NCBI GenBank assembly: GCA_044356215.1
Contig: JBIKWQ010000031.1
Coordinates: 1 to 37,487 of the forward strand
DNA from: Bdellovibrionota bacterium
GTDB taxonomy: Bacteria; Bdellovibrionota_C; UBA2361; OMII01
Direction: 5' to 3'
DNA length: 37,487 nt
Below the pieces are notes generated by a model that saw nothing but the letters and a program-made list of their open reading frames with translations, was not told the origin of the DNA and ran no database searches. Both the position numbers and the translations under genes were made by a program. This document shows positions 10,785-20,057 of the stretch, in pieces (within the stretch, counting starts at the first letter, position 1; the number at the start of each line of letters is the position of its first letter).

Positions 10785-10982
10785 GCGAGCTGCGCGGGTA
10801 ATCAAGCTCGCTGGGCGCTATTTAAATTCGTTAGGGGTAGGCGTGTAAGGCAGTAGAAAAAGCAGTGCTGCCGACTTTGATGGCTTTCATGGCTCGCGAC
10901 TCATTTTCGGCTTTTGCAGCCTCACGGAGCGTAGCGAAGGTTAAGGATAGCGAATTTTTTCGGGCTTTCCGCCATGTTAAAT
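10785..10982 (+). repeat. 198-bp direct repeat copy 2 (orphan 3' end of binding-protein gene)
   Basis: Still encodes ASCAGNQARWALFKFVRGRRVRQ* without the rest of the gene. Confidence 0.95.
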
Positions 10983-10983
10983 T

Positions 10984-11144
10984 AGGGCGTCGCAGTTCTT
11001 TATCACCACAGAGGACGCAGAGGACACAGAGAATAGGCCATTTTATTGACAATTATGGGGATTTCTCCGTGTCCTCTGCGTCCTCTGTGGTAAAAATATT
11101 TTACTAATTATCCCAGTAGCTTACCAAAAACACTGCGACGTCCT
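10984..11144. mobile_element. 161-bp MITE/REP-like element with nested inverted repeats
   Basis: Outer IR agggcgtcgcagt (10984-10996) / actgcgacgtcct (11132-11144), 12/13; inner IR 11005-11033 / 11063-11091, 28/29, built of 9-bp units. Confidence 0.7.
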
Positions 11145-11383
11145 GTTTGCTGAGCAAGCGCGCACTGAGTTTTGCAAGAATAATCCAAGCGAGTAGTGAG
11201 GCACAAAAGACGCTCTCCGCCCTCGTTAATCGCTGTGCTACAAAAGGCAATCCCAAATCACGTCCAATTGAATCCGGTATTGAGCTTCATCGAACAAGTT
11301 TTGATATCTTTCTAAGGATACTTTAAGGGTTGGGGTGTCGTTATAGAATAAGCGCAAGTAAATTAGCGGCGTCAGTCCCTCTA

Positions 11384-12403
11384 TTAGCGCCCTGTGGTAC
11401 TCTGCGGTGCCGCAAGTAGTTGAGAAATAGCACTGTTATTATATTCGAGGGCTTGCAGTTGACTCCAGGTGGCTGCTGGATACCTTTCTGTCAACTGCTG
11501 CAGCCCAGCAATTAGTGCCTCTGGCGAGATCTTCCTCGCGATCGGGAAGCGTTCAGTAAACTGATTCTTCCACTCGCTTGGGTAGGTACTAGCGGTTTTT
11601 CGAACTGCTGCTGCCGGGTCTCCCTTTGAGACTACATAGTTAGCCAACACCTCAGCATACAGCGTCGCGTGATTATTCTGTTGAAGGTCAGTCGAAGCAT
11701 AACGCAACTTCGGAGCGGTTTTGAGTGAGTTTTTTAACCAAGTCGGACAATCATTTCCGCTTGCGGCTAATGAGAACAAAAGATGGTGCGCCCCCTCGTG
11801 CAGTAAGGTTTCATAGCGCCACCTAGGAGATAAAAAATTGAAGATGCTGTGTGAAATACCGAAGAATGTCCCAAAGGCGATAGCTGGATAGACGCTAAAT
11901 TCGTCGTGATAAACGGCCGGAAGTTCGTATGGCGACAGATCGATAGCACGAACAGAATCACTAGCGAGGTGTCGTAGCACTGCCAGCGAAAAGGGATGAG
12001 GGGTTGGCACATCGCTGGCCTGGCGGGGCGTGCCATCTCTGGAGTAAAAATCCGGAAAAGCGACCTGTCTTTGGTGAAGCAAAAACGCATCGATAGATTT
12101 GTAGTGTCGCAGAATCAGCGCCTCCGATGTTTCGCTCACTCCTGATTGCCAGTATTTTCCGTCCACAAGCAAAGTAAGCTTCTTCTCAATCTTTGAAACC
12201 AAACTGCATGCTAGCTCGGACGTTTCAAGAGGTGCTTGCGGCATCGCTGCCGCACTGACTAAAAAATGATCGATGGTATGCAGTAGCCCGCTGCAAATTG
12301 ACCACCCTTGAAGGGCATCAACCGCGAGAGTCGGTTGAGCGACCAAAGGCCGAGCTTTGTTCGTTTGCCCTTGGTCATATCTCTTGTGAAAACTATCGAA
12401 CAT
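11384..12403 (-). CDS. Hypothetical protein with zincin metallopeptidase motif
   Basis: TLLHEGAHHLL followed by RYAST...YAEVLA (candidate third Zn ligand Glu). Confidence 0.6.
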   Translation of the reverse strand: MFDSFHKRYDQGQTNKARPLVAQPTLAVDALQGWSICSGLLHTIDHFLVSAAAMPQAPLETSELACSLVSKIEKKLTLLVDGKYWQSGVSETSEALILRHYKSIDAFLLHQRQVAFPDFYSRDGTPRQASDVPTPHPFSLAVLRHLASDSVRAIDLSPYELPAVYHDEFSVYPAIAFGTFFGISHSIFNFLSPRWRYETLLHEGAHHLLFSLAASGNDCPTWLKNSLKTAPKLRYASTDLQQNNHATLYAEVLANYVVSKGDPAAAVRKTASTYPSEWKNQFTERFPIARKISPEALIAGLQQLTERYPAATWSQLQALEYNNSAISQLLAAPQSTTGR

Positions 12404-12818
12404 AGGTATCGAAACCGCGAGTCAGCTATTTTAGACAGCCACTTTCTGATATCCTCCATCTGAGGGGTCCTATTTAGGATACCGGAGATGTTATGATAAA
12501 AACTGGGGCTGACGTCGCATTAGCAGGGAGCCGCGGATGTTTTTTATGGGCCTTCTGGGTAAATAGCTGAATTCATCCTCTTTAACTGTTCTTTCTAGTA
12601 ATGAGTACGCTTTGTGGAGATGTTTAGGGTCGAGCCAAACAGGATAGTTCAAGAATATGGAATTAGAGATAATCGAGAATAATCTTCTGAGCGGCAGTTG
12701 AGGAAGCTCGCGCCTCATCATAGTCTGATAAGCTACATGGGAAAGCATATAAAGTATAACCAAGGTAAGTAGCCGTTAGCTGAGTAAAACGACCCTCAAG
12801 ATAAGTGAGACAACTGGC

Positions 12819-14012
12819 ATGGCCCAGAGAAATAGACAACGCCAAAAGGTGCAGGGGCTCGTGCTTTCCAATCTAACACGGGCGCTTGGTGAGCATCCTA
12901 GACCTTCACCAGAGGATGTCATTAGTGACGCCTTCAGAGATAATTTACATAGGGCGTTATCAGTGCCGGGCATAAAGCCAAATCTTCCAACTGACATCCA
13001 AGTCGTTAGATCTTGGAGCGGTCACGATGGAGTAGACGGGCAATTGATCTCCTACTCATCGCCACTAGGCGGACCCAAGATAGAGGCATATGTTCTTCGA
13101 CCCTCCAACAACAGAGCGCCACTCCCTGGAGTTATGGCTCTACACTGTCACGGTAATTTTAAATTATTGGGCAAGGAGAAGATCGCTGATGATAATAGTG
13201 GTCCCCCTGAGGAGATTAAACGCTATCGTGATAACGCTTACGGTGGACGCGCGTTCGCGAACGAGCTTGCGAAGAGTGGGTATGTCGTACTTGTTCCTGA
13301 CACATTTTTATGGGGCAGCAGGAGACTCGATGAAGGTGTGATTCCGGATTTCTTTAGCGATGCGGGGCAGATTCTCGGATCTCATGATCGATTCAGAAGC
13401 AAGCTCCCGCGAGCGGCGAATTTTGATGAATTGTCCGCGAATCTAGCTCGCGATACCACTTTCGAACCGCATGTTGAGAGCTTCCTGCGCTCAATCGGTT
13501 CATCGCTCGCTGCGGTGGTAAATTTAGAGGACCGTGTGTCAGCTCGGGTTCTTCAATCGTTACCCGGAGTGAAGGATCCCGAGAGGATCGCCTCTATCGG
13601 TCTATCTGGAGGTGGCAATCGGACCGGTCTTCTTTTGGCTACTGATGACGCCGTTAAAATCGGCGTGATCGCTGGCATGATGGGAACTTACTCTGGCTTA
13701 AGGCAATCTGGTGCGTGGTGGACGCATAGCTGGCTTTTTTATCCTCCTAATATCCCTGGAGAGCCAACTTGGGAATGGCCAGATATTGTGGGAAGCGGAG
13801 CGAAGGCAAAAAGCTTGTGCTGCCTTAACAATAATCAGGATCCGCTATTTGATCGAGAAGGCCAGCGACACGCCAATAATAGGCTTGTTGATATATACAG
13901 AGCCGCGTCAAGAGATGCGGCCTTCCGTAGCTTTGATTATGAAGGGCACCATAAGTTTGATGTAGCCATGCAGGAGGAGGCGTTTCGGTTCCTGCGCGAG
14001 TTTTTAATATGA
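12819..14012 (+). CDS. Alpha/beta hydrolase (dienelactone hydrolase/esterase-like)
   Basis: PGVMALHCHG, YGGRAFANELAKSGYVVL, IGLSGGG nucleophile elbow, QDPLF, GHHKF. Confidence 0.85.
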   Translation: MAQRNRQRQKVQGLVLSNLTRALGEHPRPSPEDVISDAFRDNLHRALSVPGIKPNLPTDIQVVRSWSGHDGVDGQLISYSSPLGGPKIEAYVLRPSNNRAPLPGVMALHCHGNFKLLGKEKIADDNSGPPEEIKRYRDNAYGGRAFANELAKSGYVVLVPDTFLWGSRRLDEGVIPDFFSDAGQILGSHDRFRSKLPRAANFDELSANLARDTTFEPHVESFLRSIGSSLAAVVNLEDRVSARVLQSLPGVKDPERIASIGLSGGGNRTGLLLATDDAVKIGVIAGMMGTYSGLRQSGAWWTHSWLFYPPNIPGEPTWEWPDIVGSGAKAKSLCCLNNNQDPLFDREGQRHANNRLVDIYRAASRDAAFRSFDYEGHHKFDVAMQEEAFRFLREFLI

Positions 14013-14024
14013 CCGACTCTCCCC

Positions 14025-16103
14025 CTAATTCCTAAACCTCTCCATATCCTTAGCCGTCAGCATCGTCGCGTACGAGAATCCTGAAGTATTCCAAGGATAG
14101 TGATTAATCGAGTAACGCAGAAATTTCTTTAGCGAAACTTGCGAGAAGTCAGGTACCCACCAACCGCGGAGATTAATCCTTCTCTGAATATACCCCTCTG
14201 GGATCTCAGATGGGTCGTGCTTTTCCTTCCAGGAGATAAATATATAGGCGAAATCTTTAAGCTCTTCTTTATCCTTCACAGAGAATTTGTACTCTTGAGG
14301 AATAACTCTAAAGTACCATGTTAGCGGCCAGGTGGATTCGCCGGTCGCGTAAACCTTTGGCTTAAAGCCGTTTCGTTCAAAGTGAATCTGATCGATTATG
14401 TGCTTTGCGTACTCAGCTAGCTCATAAGTTGTATGAACTTGGCTTAGATACTCAGTCTCCTTTCCGGCATAGAGATAGTTTGTCTGCACAGCGGCGCGCA
14501 GAAGAAACACAGCGGTAATAACCGTTGCCCATCTGCCTAGGTGCATTGTGCCTAAGAATGTGGAATTTGAGCTGCGTCTTGCTGCATCAGTTTTGGCGAG
14601 TAGCGCGGCTCCAATTAAGAGCGCGCCGAAGACAACAAATGATAAGTTCTCTCCTGATAATCTCTGAGACGCGTCGCTCCACTGCTCAGCGATGAAGACG
14701 AACCCCAATATAGCCGAACCAGATCCGATCCAGAGAAAGGTGTCCGCTACGGAAACACTCCTGTAGTTAAATGGATGCTTTCTAAAGTAGTCCTCAAAGA
14801 ATAGAGCCAGATATGGAAGCGAATAAACTAGTGGGTATACAGATAACCACGGAACCTTCTCTCCTAGGTAGCTATAGACAAAGAACGTCGCGGCGAAGAA
14901 ATATCCGGCAGTTCCTAGCGCGCGCTCGCGTCTTAGAAAATGCTGAATTGTGACGATCGGCGCGTGGAATAAGAGAACAAAGAGCCCGATAATATCGAGG
15001 TGGTTTTTTAGCTTAAATTGTTTCCAAAGGGCGTTGCTCTCAATCGTTTGAGCATCAGTCGCCACACAGGAAAGTATAATAGCCATCACTACTAACCCAG
15101 CGACAAACTGAATCTGCGGCATGGCTCGTCTGTAGAACAGAACAAGATGCGTTAAAAGAGCTATAAATACAGGAAACTCATACCAAGCGGTAACATAAAC
15201 GTGGAAGTTAAACGGCCCTTTAATACGCTCCATCTTGTGGTGCGCCGCCCAGTAGTCAATGGCTTTACCTCCCAAGCCGTCGATAATTCCCTTCGGGTAC
15301 CTAAAACCGGCCCCATAGAACCAAGCGTATATCAGAAAGCTCGCCAAGAGGCTTACGCAGAAGAGTGGGAAGTTAGCCTTAATAAATCGCCAGATACGCC
15401 TTAGGTAAGTATCCCGCTCTCTCATAATGAAGAGTTGGAAGCACGCCTCAAAAACAAAGAAACCAGCGACGACCGCTACCGTCACAAAAACGTTCTCTTT
15501 TGTACACCACTGGATAACTAAACCAGCCATCACAAAGAACGCCTTCCAACCGCGAGAAGCGATGGTAAATCCAAAGAGGGAAATCAACATGCCGGAGATT
15601 ACCCAGTAATCCTCACGGAGAAACCGCGACCAGTAGATCATGGTCGGAGAGAACGCTATGTATCCGGTTAGTAATAGGGCAGTAGTCGGGGATACGTAGC
15701 GCCTATAAAGAAACGGCACTAACATAAATAGAGAACCCATGATGCACACAGGAGTTCGCGCCGCCCAGAGCGAATCACCGAACATCGCGTAGATGAAGCG
15801 CATAGAGTTGTAGAGCATCGGCCCGTGAAGCATCGGGTCGTATTTGTAATAGTTGTTGTTCGGGAAATCGTAAAAGTATCGTCCGTACATGCCGTGAAGC
15901 GACTCGTCGTGGTGATACGGACGCATATCAAGCATAGTCCAGCGCAGGATAAGCCCTAGGACAACAACTCCAGCGAAGAGCGCCCACTGTACTGGAGTAA
16001 AATATCTGACCCACTCGCTCTGTGAATCGCGGCACGCGATCTCGCTTGTACCCTCACGTGGCTCGTTGCCCTTATTCGGGCTCTGATTAGCTTGCTTTGA
16101 CAT
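14025..16103 (-). CDS. TIGR03663 / Agl23-like PMT_2 (GT-C fold) membrane protein
   Basis: LDMRPYHHDESLH, YKYDPMLHGP, SPTMIYWSRFLRED, TKEN, EKVPWL, WPLTWY; ATG at 16103 preceded by GGAG. Confidence 0.85.
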   Translation of the reverse strand: MSKQANQSPNKGNEPREGTSEIACRDSQSEWVRYFTPVQWALFAGVVVLGLILRWTMLDMRPYHHDESLHGMYGRYFYDFPNNNYYKYDPMLHGPMLYNSMRFIYAMFGDSLWAARTPVCIMGSLFMLVPFLYRRYVSPTTALLLTGYIAFSPTMIYWSRFLREDYWVISGMLISLFGFTIASRGWKAFFVMAGLVIQWCTKENVFVTVAVVAGFFVFEACFQLFIMRERDTYLRRIWRFIKANFPLFCVSLLASFLIYAWFYGAGFRYPKGIIDGLGGKAIDYWAAHHKMERIKGPFNFHVYVTAWYEFPVFIALLTHLVLFYRRAMPQIQFVAGLVVMAIILSCVATDAQTIESNALWKQFKLKNHLDIIGLFVLLFHAPIVTIQHFLRRERALGTAGYFFAATFFVYSYLGEKVPWLSVYPLVYSLPYLALFFEDYFRKHPFNYRSVSVADTFLWIGSGSAILGFVFIAEQWSDASQRLSGENLSFVVFGALLIGAALLAKTDAARRSSNSTFLGTMHLGRWATVITAVFLLRAAVQTNYLYAGKETEYLSQVHTTYELAEYAKHIIDQIHFERNGFKPKVYATGESTWPLTWYFRVIPQEYKFSVKDKEELKDFAYIFISWKEKHDPSEIPEGYIQRRINLRGWWVPDFSQVSLKKFLRYSINHYPWNTSGFSYATMLTAKDMERFRN

Positions 16104-16107
16104 AAAC

Positions 16108-17496
16108 TTAAACTCCAACTCCGCGGTTACCGACTAGCAACGCCTCGGGCTCATTCGATCCCGCGCTGTTATGAAAGCTTTCTAACATCTCTTTGGCAAC
16201 CCTTCTTCCGTAACGAACAGCGTAGTTAGTTCCGCGATCCTCAGGGTAGATCTGAGCCATCGTGCACAACCAGAGTCCATCAATCGGCGTTTTAAGAGAT
16301 GGGATGAGATTTGAGTAGTTCTTGGTGATAACTGGCTGGCTAAACTGCGCCTTCCAGACGTGGTGCGAAAGGATCCAAGATCTATCAAACTCAGGGAAGA
16401 TCCTTTGGATAAAAGGCACGCAGTAATCGAGCATCTCATCGGTTGTGAAGGAGAAGAGCTTCTCCGTCGTTGGGAGATACTTAGAGAGGTAAACGATATG
16501 GTCACCCCCGTAGTTCTCCTTTGAGTCTAAATTAGTGTGCTCGATGATCCCAACAAATGGAAAGCTAGGGTCAGCGACATTTAGCCAGTAAGTGCTAGAT
16601 AGAGAGCGCGATAGCCTCAGTACTAGACAGCTATTACCCAAGAAACGAATCTCTTTACACTTAGAGCTATAGTCACTTGGTAGGTCAGGTGTCATCTGAA
16701 GAAACTGCGGCAGAGGAATTGTGCAGAGCACAGCGTTAGCGGGATGTGTCCCGCGATCTGTTTCAACTCCGGCCGCTCTTCCGTTCTCAGTGATAATCTT
16801 CTTTACGCCGGTATTCAAATGGATCGTGACACCAAGGGATTCAAGCGATTTGCGGATGCCATCAGTTAAAGCTCCGAATCCACCACCAAAATAAACTAGG
16901 CTCTCGCCTCCTTTCTTGTTTCTGCTTGAGCCGCGCAGCTTTAGTTTATTCCACATCCACACCGCAGACACGTTAGGCGCCTCTACTCCGAATTTACCCT
17001 GCATTAGAGGTTTCCAAATCGCGTTGTATGCTTTACGTCCGCCTATCTTAACTAACCAATCCTCAGCGGAGATATTCTCGAGAGGTTTCCAGTCATTTAC
17101 GCGACGTGCGATAAGAGCCATCAATCCAGTGCGAATTCGGTCGATAAAAGGGATCCCCGGGAACGATAAGAGATCAAGGGGGCTAGCTAATCTAAAGATC
17201 GAATTAGTGAAGTAGAGACCAGTATTAGATGAGTGGTACTGTTTTAAGTGTCCTAGACCCAGCTCATCAATCAATCCAAGAACATCGACATCGTTTGTGA
17301 ACCAGTGGTGATAGAACTTCTCAACGCGCATCCCGGGTTGAAGCTCAAATGTTCCGGCCAACCCGCCGATGTCTGAGTCCTTCTCGTAAATAGTTACTTT
17401 GTGTCCGGCTTTACATAGATCGTAAGCGGCAGAGAGGCCGGCGTATCCGGCGCCGATAACGATAACTTCAGATGAGTTGGTGTTGTGCTGTGACAT
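16108..17496 (-). CDS. FAD-dependent oxidoreductase (HemY/amine-oxidase-like family often beside GT2 genes)
   Basis: VIGAGYAGLSAA, IGGLAG, EKFYHHWF, QIYPEDRGTNYAV. Confidence 0.88.
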   Translation of the reverse strand: MSQHNTNSSEVIVIGAGYAGLSAAYDLCKAGHKVTIYEKDSDIGGLAGTFELQPGMRVEKFYHHWFTNDVDVLGLIDELGLGHLKQYHSSNTGLYFTNSIFRLASPLDLLSFPGIPFIDRIRTGLMALIARRVNDWKPLENISAEDWLVKIGGRKAYNAIWKPLMQGKFGVEAPNVSAVWMWNKLKLRGSSRNKKGGESLVYFGGGFGALTDGIRKSLESLGVTIHLNTGVKKIITENGRAAGVETDRGTHPANAVLCTIPLPQFLQMTPDLPSDYSSKCKEIRFLGNSCLVLRLSRSLSSTYWLNVADPSFPFVGIIEHTNLDSKENYGGDHIVYLSKYLPTTEKLFSFTTDEMLDYCVPFIQRIFPEFDRSWILSHHVWKAQFSQPVITKNYSNLIPSLKTPIDGLWLCTMAQIYPEDRGTNYAVRYGRRVAKEMLESFHNSAGSNEPEALLVGNRGVGV

Positions 17497-17522
17497 ATAT
17501 TTAATCTCAATTCTTTGTTGAA

Positions 17523-18551
17523 CTAGTTAGCTGCCGCCGATGTCGCGCCTTTAGACAAAGGCTCACCTTCAATCGTATCGATCAGATATAGTGGACGTCC
17601 CTGGCCCTGCTCAAATATACGACCAACGTACTCGCCCAGGATTCCAAGTACGGTAAGTTGAACACCGCCTAGCAAGAGGATAGACGCCATAATAGATGTG
17701 TAACCTGGAAAGTTGATTCCCAAGATCTTAAGCAGAATTACCACTAAGATATAAGTAAAAGCTAAAGCCGAAGTGGCTACACCTAAATACGAGGCTAAAC
17801 GTAGCGGCGCGTAGGTAAACGAAGTAATCGCGTCAATAGCTAAGAAGAGAGATTTGCGAAACGGATACTTTGTAACTCCAGCAAATCGCTCTGGACGATC
17901 ATAAGGCAAAGCCTTCTGGTGGTAGCCGATCCACGACACCATTCCACGAACAAATCTATGCCTTTCTCTAAGTGACTGTAAGGCGTCTACTGCGCGACGA
18001 TCCATCAAGCGGAAGTCGCCTGTGTCTCGCGGTACTTTAAGTCCGGCTATCTTCTCAAAGATCCTGTAAAACGAGAACGCAAAAAACTTCTTAGTTATGG
18101 ATTCCCCGTGACGCACTCGGCGTTGTCCGTAAACCACATCGTAACCATCGCGCCATTCGGCGATCATCGCCGGGATTAACTCAGGTGGATCTTGTAGGTC
18201 AGCGTCTAGAATAACAACGACCTCGCCGCGGGTTTGGTCTAGTCCACAAGTTATAGCGGTTTGATGTCCGAAATTTCTTGAGAGGCGGATAGCTTTAATA
18301 AAGCCATCCTCTTTGGCGTACTGCTGGATAAGGGGCCAGGTGGTGTCCTTGCTGCCGTCGTCCACTAAGACCACCTCAACTGGGCATGTGTACTGTTTGA
18401 CCACATCTTTGAGGCGGCGGCGCAGCTCAGGTAGTACCTCCTGCTCGTTGTAGCACGGGATAACTATTGAGATGCTACGCGGCTCGCGGTTGCGGGGCGT
18501 CCTTACGTTAGGGGGTAGGTTAGTCACGGTAATCCTAATGTTCTTAGTCAA
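17523..18551 (-). CDS. GT2 polyprenyl-phosphate glycosyltransferase (GtrB/ArnC/YkoT-like)
   Basis: SIVIPCYNEQ, VDDGSKD, LSRNFGHQ, DADLQDPPE, DTGDFRLMDR, two C-terminal TM helices, RPLY. Confidence 0.92.
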   Translation of the reverse strand: MTKNIRITVTNLPPNVRTPRNREPRSISIVIPCYNEQEVLPELRRRLKDVVKQYTCPVEVVLVDDGSKDTTWPLIQQYAKEDGFIKAIRLSRNFGHQTAITCGLDQTRGEVVVILDADLQDPPELIPAMIAEWRDGYDVVYGQRRVRHGESITKKFFAFSFYRIFEKIAGLKVPRDTGDFRLMDRRAVDALQSLRERHRFVRGMVSWIGYHQKALPYDRPERFAGVTKYPFRKSLFLAIDAITSFTYAPLRLASYLGVATSALAFTYILVVILLKILGINFPGYTSIMASILLLGGVQLTVLGILGEYVGRIFEQGQGRPLYLIDTIEGEPLSKGATSAAAN

Positions 18552-18905
18552 CTACTCACCGGATTTTAAGATCGTCGCTGCAATTTAATCACTAAAACGA
18601 GCTGATTTTGGCCGATCTTCTTTCTTGCCACCCCCTAGTCGGGGGTGCCTTTTTCTGGTGAGTAGTTATTATCTCTACCCCGCTTTGCTCCGCAAAGCCG
18701 CCCCTTAATAGGGGCTAGCGCTATTGCGGCCGCATTCGCTGAATAGATACGTCCTTAGTCACTGACCCCCATATTAGAGGGCCCTTCAATTAACTGATGC
18801 AAGGCGAAAAGATACCGGTTCAGGGGAAACCGTGTTCGGGAGGTAAGAGTGTGGACCTTTGTCAAAAGATAGCGGATTATCTACGAAAAGGAAGGGACGA
18901 CACTT

Positions 18906-20027
18906 ATGAACAGTATAACGGCGTGTGGTAAATGCGGTGGCCAGGTAAACGATCAGATGCGCTTCTGCTCAGGATGCGGAACTAAGCTATCGTCTCGTAG
19001 ACCCGGATATTTAAAATACAGTCTCGGAGTGGCGGTAGCATTGTTTGGCGTGGCTTATGGCTTGCAGATGATCGGCCGTGATGGACGAGCAGCCCCAGCA
19101 GCGCATCCAAGTGGAGCCAAAGGAGCGGCTAAGAGCGAGGTAGCTCAGAGTTCCCCATCCGCCGAATCGCCAGAATTAGTAGCGATGCGCAAAGCTGTGG
19201 AAGCCGCGCCTGAAGATTTGCAGAAGCTAAAGGCGTTTGCCGGAATGTTAGGCGATCTCCTGCGCCAGAATCCAGGTGCCTCATCAGATCTAGTATTTGA
19301 GGCGATTGATGTTTATGGAAAGATCCTTCAAAGAGAGCCAAATGATCCAGCGGCCCTAGTGATGATGGCTGATGTGTCATTTGATCAGAAGGCTTTCACA
19401 AAAGCATTAGATTTCTATGAGCGTTATCTAGCGATAGATTCAAAGGATCTCGGCGCTAGAGCTCGTTACGCGAGCACGTTAACTTTCTTGGGGCGCTATG
19501 ATGATTCGATCTCCGAATTGGGGAAGGTGCTTGAGAGTGATCCGAATAATTTCCCAGCGATGGCCTATCTAGCGATCACTTACGCGCAGAAGGGTGAGAC
19601 ATCAAAAGCTAAAGCTGTCGGAGCGGATGCTTTAAATTTAGCCCCTTCAGATGATGCCAGGGCGCGTTTCGCCTCTTTTGTTTCATCGTTAGGTGACGCC
19701 GACAAAGATGTCGCTCAAGTGAAGCCAAGAGACTCTCAAGTGGAGCAAAAAGGAGAGACCGGCATTAATGGTTTTATTCAGAGCATCAAGGCTAATCCTG
19801 TAGCGGGAGTAAAGTTTAAATCTTACGAGTACGCGCCAAACGGCACGATTACTTTAAAGTTCGCTGATTTCCCGATGGCGCAGATGCCACCGTTCGCCAA
19901 AGAGAAATTCTTCACTGGCCTAAAGCAAGCTCTAATTAAAAACGGATTGAGAGACGTTAAGGAGATAGCTTTTATCGATGCAGCGACAGGCGAGGTGATG
20001 GACCGTGTTGGGGTGGGTGGGGAGTAG
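18906..20027 (+). CDS. Zinc-ribbon, TM and tetratricopeptide repeat protein
   Basis: CGKC..FCSGCG, one TM helix, TPR-like helices (ALDFYERYLAIDSKD, VLESDPNNFPAMAYLA). Confidence 0.8.
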   Translation: MNSITACGKCGGQVNDQMRFCSGCGTKLSSRRPGYLKYSLGVAVALFGVAYGLQMIGRDGRAAPAAHPSGAKGAAKSEVAQSSPSAESPELVAMRKAVEAAPEDLQKLKAFAGMLGDLLRQNPGASSDLVFEAIDVYGKILQREPNDPAALVMMADVSFDQKAFTKALDFYERYLAIDSKDLGARARYASTLTFLGRYDDSISELGKVLESDPNNFPAMAYLAITYAQKGETSKAKAVGADALNLAPSDDARARFASFVSSLGDADKDVAQVKPRDSQVEQKGETGINGFIQSIKANPVAGVKFKSYEYAPNGTITLKFADFPMAQMPPFAKEKFFTGLKQALIKNGLRDVKEIAFIDAATGEVMDRVGVGGE

Positions 20028-20057
20028 GGATAAGGAAGCTGGTTTTGCCGCTCCTCC

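Noticed and set aside
10098..11107. Paired ORFs MLPTLMAFMARDSF... and the TQRTQRTQR ORFs
   Set aside because: By-products of the direct repeat and the 9-bp repeat arms
12491..12763. 90-aa ORF between zincin and hydrolase genes
   Set aside because: No recognisable motif or RBS; cannot support
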